Positions 23,989-34,806 are shown, numbered from the stretch's first letter. The stretch is DNA of 64,000 nt from an uncultured Nitrososphaerales archaeon (GCA_963713605.1 CAVQMO010000003.1:192001-256000), one strand, 5' to 3'. Program-made: numbers and translations. Notes: generated from the sequence alone by a model not told the origin.

Positions 23989-24429
23989 TTACGAAGAGCT
24001 CCTTTCTATTAAAATAGTGGTCCCTTTGATGACATTTGTATAAGCCTTGAAATCTAACCGATATGTATAACCGGTCATACCGACTCTAGCTATCTCTTCC
24101 CCTGCTCTGATATGCTGACCAACTTTCACCATTGAACTATTGTAGCCTAAATGATCGTATCTTGAGTATTCTCCATTTGAGTGCATAATTACTATGAAGT
24201 TTGTATAACCCCAAAAAGCTGGATTAGATCCCCCAGTATTAGAGTCATGTTTAACAAAAGTCACTATCCCGTCAGCTGCAGCAAGAACAGGTGCCTCTTT
24301 GTCAGCTATAAAATCAATTGCGTTTCGAAGGTTGCCTTGGTGAGCAGGCGATGAACTTCTATCGATACGCTGTAACTGATCTCTCGGTACCGGTAGTTTA
24401 TATCTATTAATAGCACTTTTACTCATCAT
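23989..24429 (-). pseudogene. M23 family metallopeptidase, C-terminally truncated
   Basis: H...AIDF, VLAAADGIV, YSRYDHL, VGMTGYT. The expected PHLHF motif is absent. Confidence 0.8.
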
Positions 24430-24518
24430 AGTTTTTGTTTCTTATTGTGAAAATATAGAGACCTAATTTATCTCAATAAGTCATATCCACAATTAGCCAA
24501 TATCCACACTAGTTATAG

Positions 24519-25088
24519 CTATGGTGGAAGCGTTGAATTAGATACTATCACTAAGGCTGGATTCGATGCTGCCGAATGATATAGACCACTTCCATTGAAC
24601 ACCGCAGTAACAGATGTTATACCCTCCATACTGGGCGCATTTGCCGTAGTACTAAACTTTCCAGTAGCATCAGTATTTTGGTTATCTATTGGTTCTAATG
24701 AGAAAGGTGGTATTTCTTCAGAAGCAGATTCATATAAGAAAGACACAGATGAACTGGGTACTGGTTGGAGAGTTATTTTATCAACCAAAATACCTGTAAT
24801 ATTAAATTTCTCATTGGGTTCCACCATTGGCCAAGGTTGGATTGTAAGGGTCGAAAACTCAGGTGCATGTTTTACCTTGAGATCAGCTGTTGCATTTCCA
24901 AATGAAGTACTGTTCTTGAGAAATTTTGATTGTGATATATTAGATTGATCTTGTGTCTGTGTTTGGTTTTGAGTTTCATTTTGTGCCCTAGAAAAGTCAA
25001 TTCCATTACTAGTGTATGACATAATTACAAAAGACAGGCCTAGGGAAACAGATATCCATAACACTATCTGGATGGTATTTCTCATCAA
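24519..25088 (-). CDS. Secreted Ig-like domain protein
   Basis: Signal peptide; ITGILVD, TDATGKF and AVFNGSGLY beta-sandwich pattern. Confidence 0.7.
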   Translation of the reverse strand: MMRNTIQIVLWISVSLGLSFVIMSYTSNGIDFSRAQNETQNQTQTQDQSNISQSKFLKNSTSFGNATADLKVKHAPEFSTLTIQPWPMVEPNEKFNITGILVDKITLQPVPSSSVSFLYESASEEIPPFSLEPIDNQNTDATGKFSTTANAPSMEGITSVTAVFNGSGLYHSAASNPALVIVSNSTLPP

Positions 25089-25466
25089 CCGTTTTCTAAT
25101 GTTACATACTATTTAGCCATTGTAATTGTAATCTAATTTCATGCCAAATAAATATAACAACTTCTCTGATACTAATGGATGAAAACAACATCTAATCAGG
25201 TTAAATACTTTGTTGAACAGCTCTAAACGAGAATGGTTCTCGGAACTCTAGTGTACATAATTATTATCATTGTCGTTATTATTGTTATTATAGCTCTACT
25301 CAAATTTCTATTCCAGTTATTCTTTGTAATACCTGTTGGAACAGAATATGCTGCCGATCTTCTGTATGCTAAAGAGATTTTATTGCCGATGAACTAGATA
25401 ATATAATATTGAGTTTAATAGCGTAGTATTTGTGATAATAGTGTCTCGGACTAGAAGCTGAAGTTA

Positions 25467-26012
25467 TTACTGCCAGATTTTTACAATAACAGCATTCTCT
25501 GTAACATCGCAAGATGATTTTGTTTCAAATGCTACTTCCAACAGATATCTAGAGATCTCTTTAATTAGATACGAATACTTCCGTCCCATGTCATGCTCAA
25601 TAATAATTTTATAGATACCCCCAATGACTTCAACTCTGTGTGACATCTGTGCTATTCTTAACCATGTTTCTGCAATCTCTGAGATTGATGCAATATTAAA
25701 CCCTCCCCGTAGAAATAAACATACATCTACAAGATCATTCTTTGCCGTCTCCATGGCTAGCTCATTTAATTCATCATTTGTGAGTTCGTTAAGCAATCTA
25801 ATTAAAAATGATTTTGGCAGATAGTATAACTTGGCATGTGCTGCCATACTATGCCAATCAAGGTATGATTTGATTATCTGGTTAACAAGTGTATTTGGAG
25901 AAATATTTCTAGTATTGGCTGCTTTACGCAGTTGCTCTAATTTTTCTTTTGATAATCGAAATGTGACGCATTTTGTAGTTGACGGCTTAGTTGATGCTGT
26001 GGCCTGCTTCAA
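25467..26012 (-). CDS. RHH-domain regulator with C-terminal ligand-binding-like domain
   Basis: VTFRLSKEKLEQLRKAA...ISPNTLVNQII; IEHDMGRKYS. Confidence 0.75.
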   Translation of the reverse strand: MKQATASTKPSTTKCVTFRLSKEKLEQLRKAANTRNISPNTLVNQIIKSYLDWHSMAAHAKLYYLPKSFLIRLLNELTNDELNELAMETAKNDLVDVCLFLRGGFNIASISEIAETWLRIAQMSHRVEVIGGIYKIIIEHDMGRKYSYLIKEISRYLLEVAFETKSSCDVTENAVIVKIWQ

Positions 26013-26172
26013 CTTCGGCTTGGAGAATTAATTTGCCCTAATAAAAACATTACTTCAAAAAACAAATAATTAATTATTCTATGCAAATTCATATAAATGC
26101 ATACTTAGCCGGTCGAATTGACGTAAGAGCCAATTATTATATAGTTTAATGGACAATTTTCACTGATACACC

Positions 26173-26436
26173 ATGAAATGCGAAATCATCAATATTGGTG
26201 ATCGATTGGGAAAGTATTATATGTTTTACAATGCTCCAGCTTTATTATCAAATCACAACAGAGACAGAGAATTTGGAACAGTGATCGCAGAAGCCAAGAC
26301 TAAACTAATAGTAGTTGATGACGAAATTATCCGAGAGCACGTATACTTAATCCCCAAGACAAAAGTGGATCATTGCAGTGAAAAGCAAGTGTATTTTAAT
26401 ATTCCAGAGAATTCTCTGAATGAATTTGAGATTTAA
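26173..26436 (+). CDS. Small beta-barrel protein (paralog family A, copy 1)
   Basis: REFGTVIAE..TKLIVVD...EHVYLIPKTKVD...VYFN...LNEFEI; paralogs at 29596 and 30457. Confidence 0.75.
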   Translation: MKCEIINIGDRLGKYYMFYNAPALLSNHNRDREFGTVIAEAKTKLIVVDDEIIREHVYLIPKTKVDHCSEKQVYFNIPENSLNEFEI

Positions 26437-26475
26437 TTGGTAGACAGGTATACATGATGTAAAGAATGGTGCAAT

Positions 26476-26682
26476 ATCTGTTTTCAATAAGATGAAAAAC
26501 ACAATCTAGTCATCGGCTACTGATTAATCTGATCATAGTTGGTGGTTGTTTGGGGGGGCCACCAACTTGATCGCTCATGGGGTTGAGGTTGGATACTACC
26601 ATTTAATAATAAGCAACAATGAATAAAAGTATTATAACTAGCTCTAGCTTTAGTAAGTTTAGTGGACTTTGCTGAGCTACAG
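26476..26682. repeat. 207-bp direct repeat, copy 1
   Basis: Identical by eye to 28878-29084. Confidence 0.9.
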
Positions 26683-26784
26683 CAAATGTAGTTTCATTGA
26701 GAGCAAGATGTAGAATCATAACTGAAATTACCACTATAAAGTAATTATTCAAGCGCACCTAAACTATATGATTGATCTTAATCA

Positions 26785-27106
26785 TCAAGCTCTGCTACTG
26801 CCAATTCTGTCAAGGTAATCAGCAATCTCATCAAACGACCAACCCGAGTCGTTCAATTTAATTATGAAAAATTCGTCACTTAGACCAGTTTTTGCTAAGG
26901 TGGGTAAAGAGGCCTTTATACTCATAGTCATATTAGAATCATGAATGCCATCCCAGCCAAAATATGACCAAATGACACCCATTGCGCATCTACCGTCGTG
27001 TTCATCAGAATATCGTTCTGTAATCTGCCTAAATTGCTTACCATAGGTACGCAGAATCTGGGAAACAGTTAGCTCTTGTGTTAACAGTTGCTGTCTGCTG
27101 ACTCAT
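26785..27106 (-). CDS. Hypothetical protein (paralog family B, copy 1; ATG out of frame by +1)
   Basis: LTVSQILRTYGKQFRQITERYSD..DGRCAMGVIWSYFGWDG...LNDSGWSFDEIADYLDR. Confidence 0.7.
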
Positions 27107-27271
27107 ATTGTACCAATATCATAATCAACAATCTATTTAGAACCTGCAACAATAGCTAACTAATATTGCGGAAAATCAGAATTATTGATCTAGCAAGCTA
27201 TTATAATGATAAACTGCACTCATCAAATAATTAAAAAGGGGATTGACAGTTTCATCCATTAAAGCGGTTGT

Positions 27272-27478
27272 TTATTTAGTTCTTGTTAGAATTGCCGAAG
27301 ATTTTTTTGTTCCGCGCGCGGCTAACGGTACGCTTTGTTGGGTACTAATGGGCCACCAGCAGATCATACCCAGGCATTTGCCACATACAATCTTTATTCT
27401 TGAACTATTTAGAATAAATTCTATCGCGTCAAAACTGGGCTTGCCCGAATTACAAACACATTCTTTAGACCATTCCAT
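27272..27478 (-). CDS. Small Zn-ribbon protein, paralog of 34467-34673
   Basis: M.W...CxC...IEF...CxxC.G.I.WW shared by both copies. Confidence 0.7.
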   Translation of the reverse strand: MEWSKECVCNSGKPSFDAIEFILNSSRIKIVCGKCLGMICWWPISTQQSVPLAARGTKKSSAILTRTK

Positions 27479-27903
27479 TTTCTTCTACTTGCTAAATATA
27501 GACAAACATGCCATATTACTATTATGTAATCTTTCTGAACTATTAATGGAGTATGGAAAGATTACCTCTAGTTAGCCGTGGCTATATTTGTATAGAAAAT
27601 AGCGGAGAGGTTTTAGAAAATTACTCTCGCATCGATTATCCCGGTCACAATAGATTCTTCTCACTTACATGATACATCTCAGCGGCATGATCAAATGATT
27701 TAATGGGAGAGTAAAGACGGTATCTAGACATAGATGTTATGAGAATAGAAATAGCGATGTTGGCGTTGGTGTTATTGTTCGGATTGAATCAAACTAATTC
27801 TACAGAGCAATGTCCAGAGAACTACTATGATAATGGTTTTAGTGATTTATTAGATCGTGGTTGGTGTGATTATTTGAAAAAAAATGGGTTCGACTAACTA
27901 TGG

Positions 27904-28227
27904 TTAGTCTCGATTTTTCTTGTGGTGTTTTTTGTGCTTCTTGTCATTCTCGTCATTATCATGCTTCTTGTCTTTGTGATCATGATCATCATCACTAGCA
28001 GCTGCAGCTGCAGCTGATGCTCCACCTGCTGCCGCTGCGGCTGCTGCACCATCGTCACTCGCTGCCGCTGCCGCTGCCGAATTACCAGCTGCTGCCGCTG
28101 CTGCTGCTGCTGAACTACCAGCTGCTGTCGCTGCCGCTGCTGCTGCTGGCTGGGCTGACAGCACACTCGGTGCTAAGAAGACGGCTATTACTGCTACCGC
28201 TACCGCTGCGAATATAGTTTTATTCAT
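27904..28227 (-). CDS. Secreted poly-alanine protein with His/Asp/Lys tail
   Basis: Signal peptide, five Ala-rich runs separated by G/S/N/D turns, highly charged tail. Confidence 0.8.
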   Translation of the reverse strand: MNKTIFAAVAVAVIAVFLAPSVLSAQPAAAAAATAAGSSAAAAAAAAGNSAAAAAASDDGAAAAAAAGGASAAAAAASDDDHDHKDKKHDNDENDKKHKKHHKKNRD

Positions 28228-28877
28228 AAGTACATTATTCTATGCGAATGATTTATACATACTTTAGTGATGTATGTACTATAACTATCACAAGAATAAT
28301 GAGCCGTACTATGACTATCGTCTTCGCATCGGCCAGCCATCTATTTTAAGTGCATCCATGGCAGAAAGCTATTTAAGTATGGCAAGCTGCGATGGCGAAG
28401 TTTAATGGCCAATGATCGATATCTGTTTGGCCTTCGATTCGGACGACATACCGTGTTGACAATGTTAACAATATGATATCCATAGATAATGAAAAATTCT
28501 AAGATCTAAGATACAAGAATTAAAAAAGAAAAAAGATCTTTATGTTATGCAAGTGATAAGAAGTCTCTATGAATGACTAATCAAATTGATGGCACAGTAT
28601 TTGTGGTAGCAGTGTCTTGGACGTCCGCTGCTTACAACTGCATGATCACGTGTAATGCGTCCATGCATGATATACATAGTCCATTCTGCTTAACTGTAAC
28701 TCTGAATTCCACCCGAAGTATTGGTTGTTGATACTTTCAGCCCATATTCGTAAAATATAACAAAAAGGTGGATAGGCCAGTAGTGTTGCCGATAGATATG
28801 TACCTGACCTACCACCATACTGAGTGATTTACTTGTATGGCCCAAATGACCAATTAACGTGTAAAGAATAGTGTAAC

Positions 28878-29084
28878 ATCTGTTTTCAATAAGATGAAAA
28901 ACACAATCTAGTCATCGGCTACTGATTAATCTGATCATAGTTGGTGGTTGTTTGGGGGGGCCACCAACTTGATCGCTCATGGGGTTGAGGTTGGATACTA
29001 CCATTTAATAATAAGCAACAATGAATAAAAGTATTATAACTAGCTCTAGCTTTAGTAAGTTTAGTGGACTTTGCTGAGCTACAG
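28878..29084. repeat. 207-bp direct repeat, copy 2
   Basis: Identical by eye to 26476-26682 (offset 2402). Confidence 0.9.
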
Positions 29085-29129
29085 ATGAATGAAATCTAGA
29101 GAAAATAAAAAAAATGGAAAAAGATTAAG

Positions 29130-29267
29130 CTAGTGCCCACAACCACAGCCGCTGTGTTGATGCTGTTCTCTATTTGCAGAACATGATGGACATAGAGTTG
29201 TCGTAGTACTTTCGGCTACAAATGTTGTTCCACATGAGCTACATGTTGCTTTTTGAATTTCTTGCAT
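29130..29267 (-). CDS. 45-aa zinc-finger microprotein
   Basis: MQEIQKATCSSCGTTFVAESTTTTLCPSCSANREQHQHSGCGCGH*; too short for the ORF track. Confidence 0.7.
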   Translation of the reverse strand: MQEIQKATCSSCGTTFVAESTTTTLCPSCSANREQHQHSGCGCGH

Positions 29268-29595
29268 GTTACAAGTCGTTTTCATCACAGTTATTAAAGT
29301 CTTCGTGAATTATAGATCAGCTTCATCTGCTATGGGAGTATTGAGTGACACATCTGTCAATATGAGTGTCACGTGGTCGTCATAGATTTTTATTTATTTG
29401 TGATACGGTAATACAATATTCTTATCGAACTTCTGCTAACACATCATAATTCCGAAATATTTAGTCATAAATGTTAATTTATTGATATTTCTTATGTATT
29501 ATGGATTAATACTATCTAATCTACATCATAAATCGGTGTATGAATTTGAAATAAAGCAATATAATGATTATATACTTTTATGAATAACTTTTAGA

Positions 29596-29873
29596 ATGAG
29601 AGACACAGATAGCGAAGATGATTTATTAGTAAAGTATTATGCATCTTACAGAGCTTCTGCTATCATAAATTATAATGAAATTAGCAAAAATATCATTCAA
29701 GGTAGAGACATTGGTAGAGTGTTTGCGGAATACAAAGATAAACTGGTTGTAATGGATGATGAGAACAAAAAAGAACACGTATATTTAATTCCCTAGACAA
29801 AAGTACATCGTTATGGTGATAATCAAGTTTACCTTGATATGTCGGATAATTCTTTGAAAGAATTTGAGATATA
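29596..29873 (+). pseudogene. Paralog family A copy 2, premature TAG
   Basis: YLIP-TAG-TKVHRYGDNQVYLDMSDNSLKEFEI; AAG in the paralogs is TAG here. Confidence 0.75.
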
Positions 29874-30024
29874 AATCATAATTAACACTGTCGCAATAAT
29901 AATACATTTAGATTCATAGTGGTGGACTGCTGGCATACAGCAGCCGTAGTCTCATAGAGCATAAAATAATCATAACTGAAACTAATATAATGAAATAATT
30001 ATTCAATATGACCGATCTGAACCA

Positions 30025-30349
30025 TCAAACATTGTTATTGCTGATTCTGTCTAGGTAATCGGCCATTTCATCAAACGTCATACCAGAATCATTCAGATCA
30101 ATCATGAAAAAATCATCATGAAGGCCAGTTTTTGCTAAGGCGGCTTGTACACTCATAGTTATATCAGAATCAGGGTTACCATCCCAGCCGAAATAAGACA
30201 AGACCACACCCATTGCGCATCTACCATTAAGTCCATCAGAATATCGTTCTGTGATTTGTCTAAACTGCTTACCATATGTCCGCAGAATTTGCGAAACAGT
30301 AAGATTTTTTATTAACAGCTGCTGCTGCCTGTTGAATCATCATACTCAT
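30025..30349 (-). CDS. Paralog family B copy 2 (ATG out of frame by +1)
   Basis: LTVSQILRTYGKQFRQITERYSDGLNGRCAMGVVLSYFGWDG. Confidence 0.7.
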
Positions 30350-30456
30350 TTCACAATCAACAAGCTATTTAGAAAGTATAACAGAAGTCAAAGATAACAT
30401 AGTTTCCAAACATTCCGCCCTGAATCATTATATAGTATTATGCTCATTTTTTTAAG

Positions 30457-30723
30457 ATGAAAAATTGCGAAGCAAATCAAATGAATTATTCGCTTGAAAG
30501 CTATTACGCATCTCGCCGAGCTCCCGCTATTGTAAATAACAATGGCAGTGATAGAGAGATCGGTAGAGTTTTTGCAGAATATAAAGATAGGCTACTTGTA
30601 ATTAAAGGTGAAAATAAAAAAGAGCATGAATATTTAATTCCCAAGTCACGAATAGACCGTTTTGGTGACAATCAAGTTTATTTCAATGTAACAGTGAATT
30701 CTTTGAAAGAATTTGAGTTCTAA
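30457..30723 (+). CDS. Paralog family A copy 3
   Basis: REIGRVFAEYKDRLLVI...EYLIPKSRIDRFGDNQVYFN. Confidence 0.75.
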   Translation: MKNCEANQMNYSLESYYASRRAPAIVNNNGSDREIGRVFAEYKDRLLVIKGENKKEHEYLIPKSRIDRFGDNQVYFNVTVNSLKEFEF

Positions 30724-31238
30724 ATTCTAATAATAATTATTGTTGTCTTTCGTTTGCATAACACCTTGTGCCGCTTCAACAATTAACTTACCAACATATG
30801 GATCAATATGTAATATTTCTGACACTTCTCGATAGACTAGTCCGATTACCGATTCAATCAACATCTATCAATAGCTGCTTTAGCCCATCTGCAATATCTA
30901 ACTCTTGAACCCAATCATTGACCGTAGAATGGGTTTTCATAAGAAAGTTAGCAGTGTGTAATATTTAACCATTTGTAGTAAATTTTCGACAATAAATGCT
31001 TAAAAGACAACCTTGATTTTTCTAAGACTAAGACTCTTTAGGTCGAAATCACACTCTATGTTATAATGTATTATACAGTGAAATTCCGGTATAATGGGCG
31101 GACTTAGCACCTTTGATTGGTATTCAGATCCACAGTGCTTGTACGTAACCATTTTTGGCAATGCTCTGACCATTTGGTTGTATATTCATTATTTGTCGTA
31201 AAGCATTATATCAAAAGAAGGTATAGTATTAACAAAAA

Positions 31239-31949
31239 ATGAGACATTTTATCCCACTGGTTGCAGTGAGTGGCTTGATTCTGTTTATGATCTTTATAGA
31301 TTTATCTCCATATCTGACTCAACAATTCTCAGCATACAGCCAGATTTATTTTGACTTTGGCGGGAATTCATCTGAAGTAAGCTACCTGGCGTACGATAAT
31401 ATGACTGCAGGCATAAGAGTCAAGTACCCGTCCAATTGGGCCACACTTGAAAATTTGGGAAATATATCTGGTAACAGCATAATAGCTGACTTTTATAATA
31501 CGGGGATCAACGGTACGCATGGCTATGCTGAGAACGTGAACGTCGTCGTATTAAATCAGAGCGAATATTTAGAGAGCCTTATGAAAAAGTATTTGACTGC
31601 TGGGTCTGGTTCGTTTGCTATTCAGCCAACTAGGCCGGTTGCTAATATAGAAGACGCTTCTAAAACTGCCAAATTTCTAATAGATGAAACATTAGATTCT
31701 ACTATTGCACATCTGAGGCAAACCTTTGATAACGTGACTTTGTTGCAATCTATTAACACAGTAATCTCAGGTCTGCCTGGGTATCAGATTACATATTTAG
31801 TAACTGACAATCAAACTGATATTAAGCAAACGCAAGCCTGGACTTTTAAAGATAATAAATGGTATGTTATTACCTATTCTGCTCAACCGTCAGCACAATA
31901 CAATTCAGCTACGGCCATTAATATAATTAATAGTATTATCTTAAGATAA
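31239..31949 (+). CDS. Secreted PsbP/Mog1-like protein
   Basis: Y.N...GIRVKYPSNW, ISGLPGYQITY, KWYVITYSA, IINS. Confidence 0.75.
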   Translation: MRHFIPLVAVSGLILFMIFIDLSPYLTQQFSAYSQIYFDFGGNSSEVSYLAYDNMTAGIRVKYPSNWATLENLGNISGNSIIADFYNTGINGTHGYAENVNVVVLNQSEYLESLMKKYLTAGSGSFAIQPTRPVANIEDASKTAKFLIDETLDSTIAHLRQTFDNVTLLQSINTVISGLPGYQITYLVTDNQTDIKQTQAWTFKDNKWYVITYSAQPSAQYNSATAINIINSIILR

Positions 31950-31975
31950 GTCGGCGATGATACCTCTGTTAACCG

Positions 31976-32356
31976 TCAACGAGTGAAACCAGTAAATAAA
32001 TTGTAAGTTTCTGGACTGAAACTTTTTAATACTTTTTGTAATTTCTTGCTAGGGTTGCCATAAACCTCAAATTTACTTATTCTAGAGAGGCTGAAAATCT
32101 TTGGTAGTATAGTTTGCGATGCAAGACCATTATTGTGAGCAAATACAGCTTCCGAATTTGCGTATATTTCATGTACAATACACTTTGTTTCATCTCTATC
32201 AAAATAAAAACGGTAACTTATCGTATCTGGTTCGTTAGCTTCTACTACTCTACTCATATTCAGTATCAGTTTCTTGTACTCTTTTATTTTTTCACCTTTT
32301 ATGATGAATTTTGCTCTTAAGTGTATTAGATTGTGTTTCATGCTGCTGTCCCACAA
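31976..32356 (-). CDS. Antibiotic biosynthesis monooxygenase (ABM) family protein
   Basis: EANEPDTISYRFY, VHEIYANSEAVFAH, EVYGNPS. Confidence 0.8.
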   Translation of the reverse strand: MWDSSMKHNLIHLRAKFIIKGEKIKEYKKLILNMSRVVEANEPDTISYRFYFDRDETKCIVHEIYANSEAVFAHNNGLASQTILPKIFSLSRISKFEVYGNPSKKLQKVLKSFSPETYNLFTGFTR

Positions 32357-32401
32357 ATAATAATTGAATAAAAAATAAGGCAGAATCTCGTTGGATAGAG
32401 C

Positions 32402-32857
32402 CTATTGCCCGATAGTTCCATTAGTTGCTAGTCTCAACACCGGACCAAATGTTCCGCCGTTGTCGGTGCTAAATCTTAGTACTGGCTCAGAGCTTGTAGA
32501 ATTTGTTTCCCACCAACTTACGATTACGTTATCATCAGTAGCTTCTACATCAAAGTCAGTGGAATTAGAGCCAGTTGAGTTGCTCAGATTAACTTTGTCT
32601 TGGTATGTTTGTCCACCATCTCCGGAAACTCTAAACATAACTTCTGTAGCATTAGTAGCTGGATCATCGCTACCCCACACAACGTACACTGTTTCACCGG
32701 ATGTAGCAATTACTGCTGGAGCTCGAATTTTAATTGCTCTGTCGCCACCAACCGCGTCATTACCTTTCTGTAACTGAGACTGAACTGCCTGTTCTATAGT
32801 TCCGATTGCCGTCAAAGCTATCATGAAGATAGCACCCACAGTAATTTGTTTGTGCAT
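32402..32857 (-). CDS. Secreted protein with Asp-box (BNR-like) motifs
   Basis: Signal peptide; SGDGGQTY and STDNGGTF. Confidence 0.75.
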   Translation of the reverse strand: MHKQITVGAIFMIALTAIGTIEQAVQSQLQKGNDAVGGDRAIKIRAPAVIATSGETVYVVWGSDDPATNATEVMFRVSGDGGQTYQDKVNLSNSTGSNSTDFDVEATDDNVIVSWWETNSTSSEPVLRFSTDNGGTFGPVLRLATNGTIGQ

Positions 32858-33051
32858 GACGTTTGATGTAACTCGTAATATATAACCCTGATAACCGATG
32901 AATCATTCAGAATAGAATATAATTCAACAAAAGGTATGGAGATTGAATTCTACAGGTAATCTATCGGGTAATGACAAGTCTAATCACTTACTCTATTTGA
33001 GTGATATTGAGTAGAACGGTCACTGTCACCCTAGTGTAATATTATCCGCAA

Positions 33052-33357
33052 TTATTCGCTGTTATCATTTGTTCTATTAGTTGATACTTCAAGAAGTGGA
33101 CTAAAAGCATTCCAGAAATCTTGATTGCTAACACTTATTACTGGAGAATTGTCTGGCTCTGTTTCATTTGCTTTTAGCCATGTCACGACTATGTGCTTTC
33201 TGTCTGTTGACGCTATCGAATTATTTCGACTTGTATTATCATTGAGTTGAGCTAATGCAACTGTTATATCGCTGATAATAGATCCCATTATAACAGTTAG
33301 TACCACGGATAGTACAAGATTCATCTTCTTGACAAATGAAAATAGTTTAATATGCAC
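33052..33357 (-). CDS. Small secreted hypothetical protein
   Basis: Signal peptide ending in ALA-Q. Confidence 0.6.
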   Translation of the reverse strand: MHIKLFSFVKKMNLVLSVVLTVIMGSIISDITVALAQLNDNTSRNNSIASTDRKHIVVTWLKANETEPDNSPVISVSNQDFWNAFSPLLEVSTNRTNDNSE

Positions 33358-33731
33358 CGTCTATTCATGAAAAACAAATTATAAAAACAGTAATTACCAA
33401 GTTGATATTACAAATATATAGAATGGGGTTAGATATCAGTTATTCATCTACATATAAATAAAGCGCTATTTTATCTTATATCTCATCTGATAATGATTGT
33501 ATACTTTTATGAATATATTTTATGAAAAATAGTGATCATTGGGAAACTAATTTGCATCTCACTGAGCTTCTGCTATTCTAAATCAGAATAAAGATAGAGT
33601 TATTGATTATGGAAGAATCTTAGACCATCACTAATTAGTCATTGTTATCATGGTACGGCATTAAAGGTTATGAATTCAAAAGTTCAAAGTCAAAAAAAGT
33701 GATAGTCAGCTTCAAGCTTCCGGTCTGCTTT

Positions 33732-33968
33732 TTATTGCACTCCAATTATGTTAGCTGCGTTTCCATCACCTTGTATTTGAGATAATAGATTTTGACAGAA
33801 GACGTTCAATGGTAGTTCACCATTACCACACTCATTTACTTGAGATGCAGCTTGACTCTTCTCGTATTTCTTCTTATCAGCAAATGCGTTATCTGTAGTA
33901 GAAAGTGCCGTTGCACCAACTAACATTACCGTCACTACTGCAACAATTACTAAATATTTTGTGTTCAT
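33732..33968 (-). CDS. Small secreted protein, NxCGNGELPLNVxCQN family copy 1
   Basis: Signal peptide ending in AFA; conserved Cys pair. Confidence 0.8.
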   Translation of the reverse strand: MNTKYLVIVAVVTVMLVGATALSTTDNAFADKKKYEKSQAASQVNECGNGELPLNVFCQNLLSQIQGDGNAANIIGVQ

Positions 33969-34112
33969 ACTATCAATGGTAGTTGGCGTCTTACTTTTCT
34001 ATTTTAAGAAAGATCTAACACTAGATTAAATCTGATTTATGTTCCATCAAAAATATTGGAAAATACAGCAATGCAAAAAATTATAAAAAAAAGAATGTTG
34101 TAGAACTACTTG

Positions 34113-34373
34113 TTATGGTGCTATGGCAGGGAATGCTTGATCTGCTGCTAGAGATACTGCGTTCTCGTCACCTTGAATCTGAGAATCAATGTTTTGACAT
34201 CCAACATTTAGCGGTAGTTCACCGTTTCCACAAGCATTAGCCTGTGAGATCACTTGATTCTTTTCATATTTCTTCTTTCCGTCTGCAAGTGCGCTGTCTG
34301 TTGTAGCAAGTGCTGTAGCTCCGATGAGCATAGCTGTCATAGCTGCAACTATTACGAAGTATTTTGTATTCAT
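34113..34373 (-). CDS. Small secreted protein, NxCGNGELPLNVxCQN family copy 2
   Basis: Start MNTKYF set by homology to paralogs. Confidence 0.8.
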   Translation of the reverse strand: MNTKYFVIVAAMTAMLIGATALATTDSALADGKKKYEKNQVISQANACGNGELPLNVGCQNIDSQIQGDENAVSLAADQAFPAIAP

Positions 34374-34466
34374 ACTGACAACGTTGTAAGAGTACAGTTT
34401 ATTTGAATTTAGCAAATACGGACGGTATTATAAATCTGATATTTTTTATATTAGAACGAGTTTGAA

Positions 34467-34673
34467 TTAGCGCATAGCCAAACTTTCTTCTTCCGACCAA
34501 GCTCGTTTGAATGGCATTATCTTTTTAGTTCGTGGAGCTTCGTCCCACCAACCTATAAGACCTTTGCATCGACTACATCGAAGCTCTGTTCTTGAATCAC
34601 TTATCTTGAAAAATTCTATAGTCTTTGTATTGGTTAACCACCGACTACAAATGCAGTCTTCCGTCCAATGCAA
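34467..34673 (-). CDS. Small Zn-ribbon protein
   Basis: CICS...CSRC; paralog of 27272-27478. Confidence 0.7.
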   Translation of the reverse strand: MHWTEDCICSRWLTNTKTIEFFKISDSRTELRCSRCKGLIGWWDEAPRTKKIMPFKRAWSEEESLAMR

Positions 34674-34806
34674 TATGATATATTATACGGAATATAAGAT
34701 ATTACGTGCTGTGATCCACCATACTATTAGAATAGTACTGTGACCAGTACTAGCAGACTCACGTAGTCTTTTCAGCTCTTATTGGTCTAATAATATAAAC
34801 AAAAAC

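Noticed and set aside
27894..28217. Poly-Gln (27894-28166) and poly-Leu (28017-28217) ORFs
   Set aside because: Alternative frames of the GCN-repeat poly-Ala gene, which has the signal peptide.
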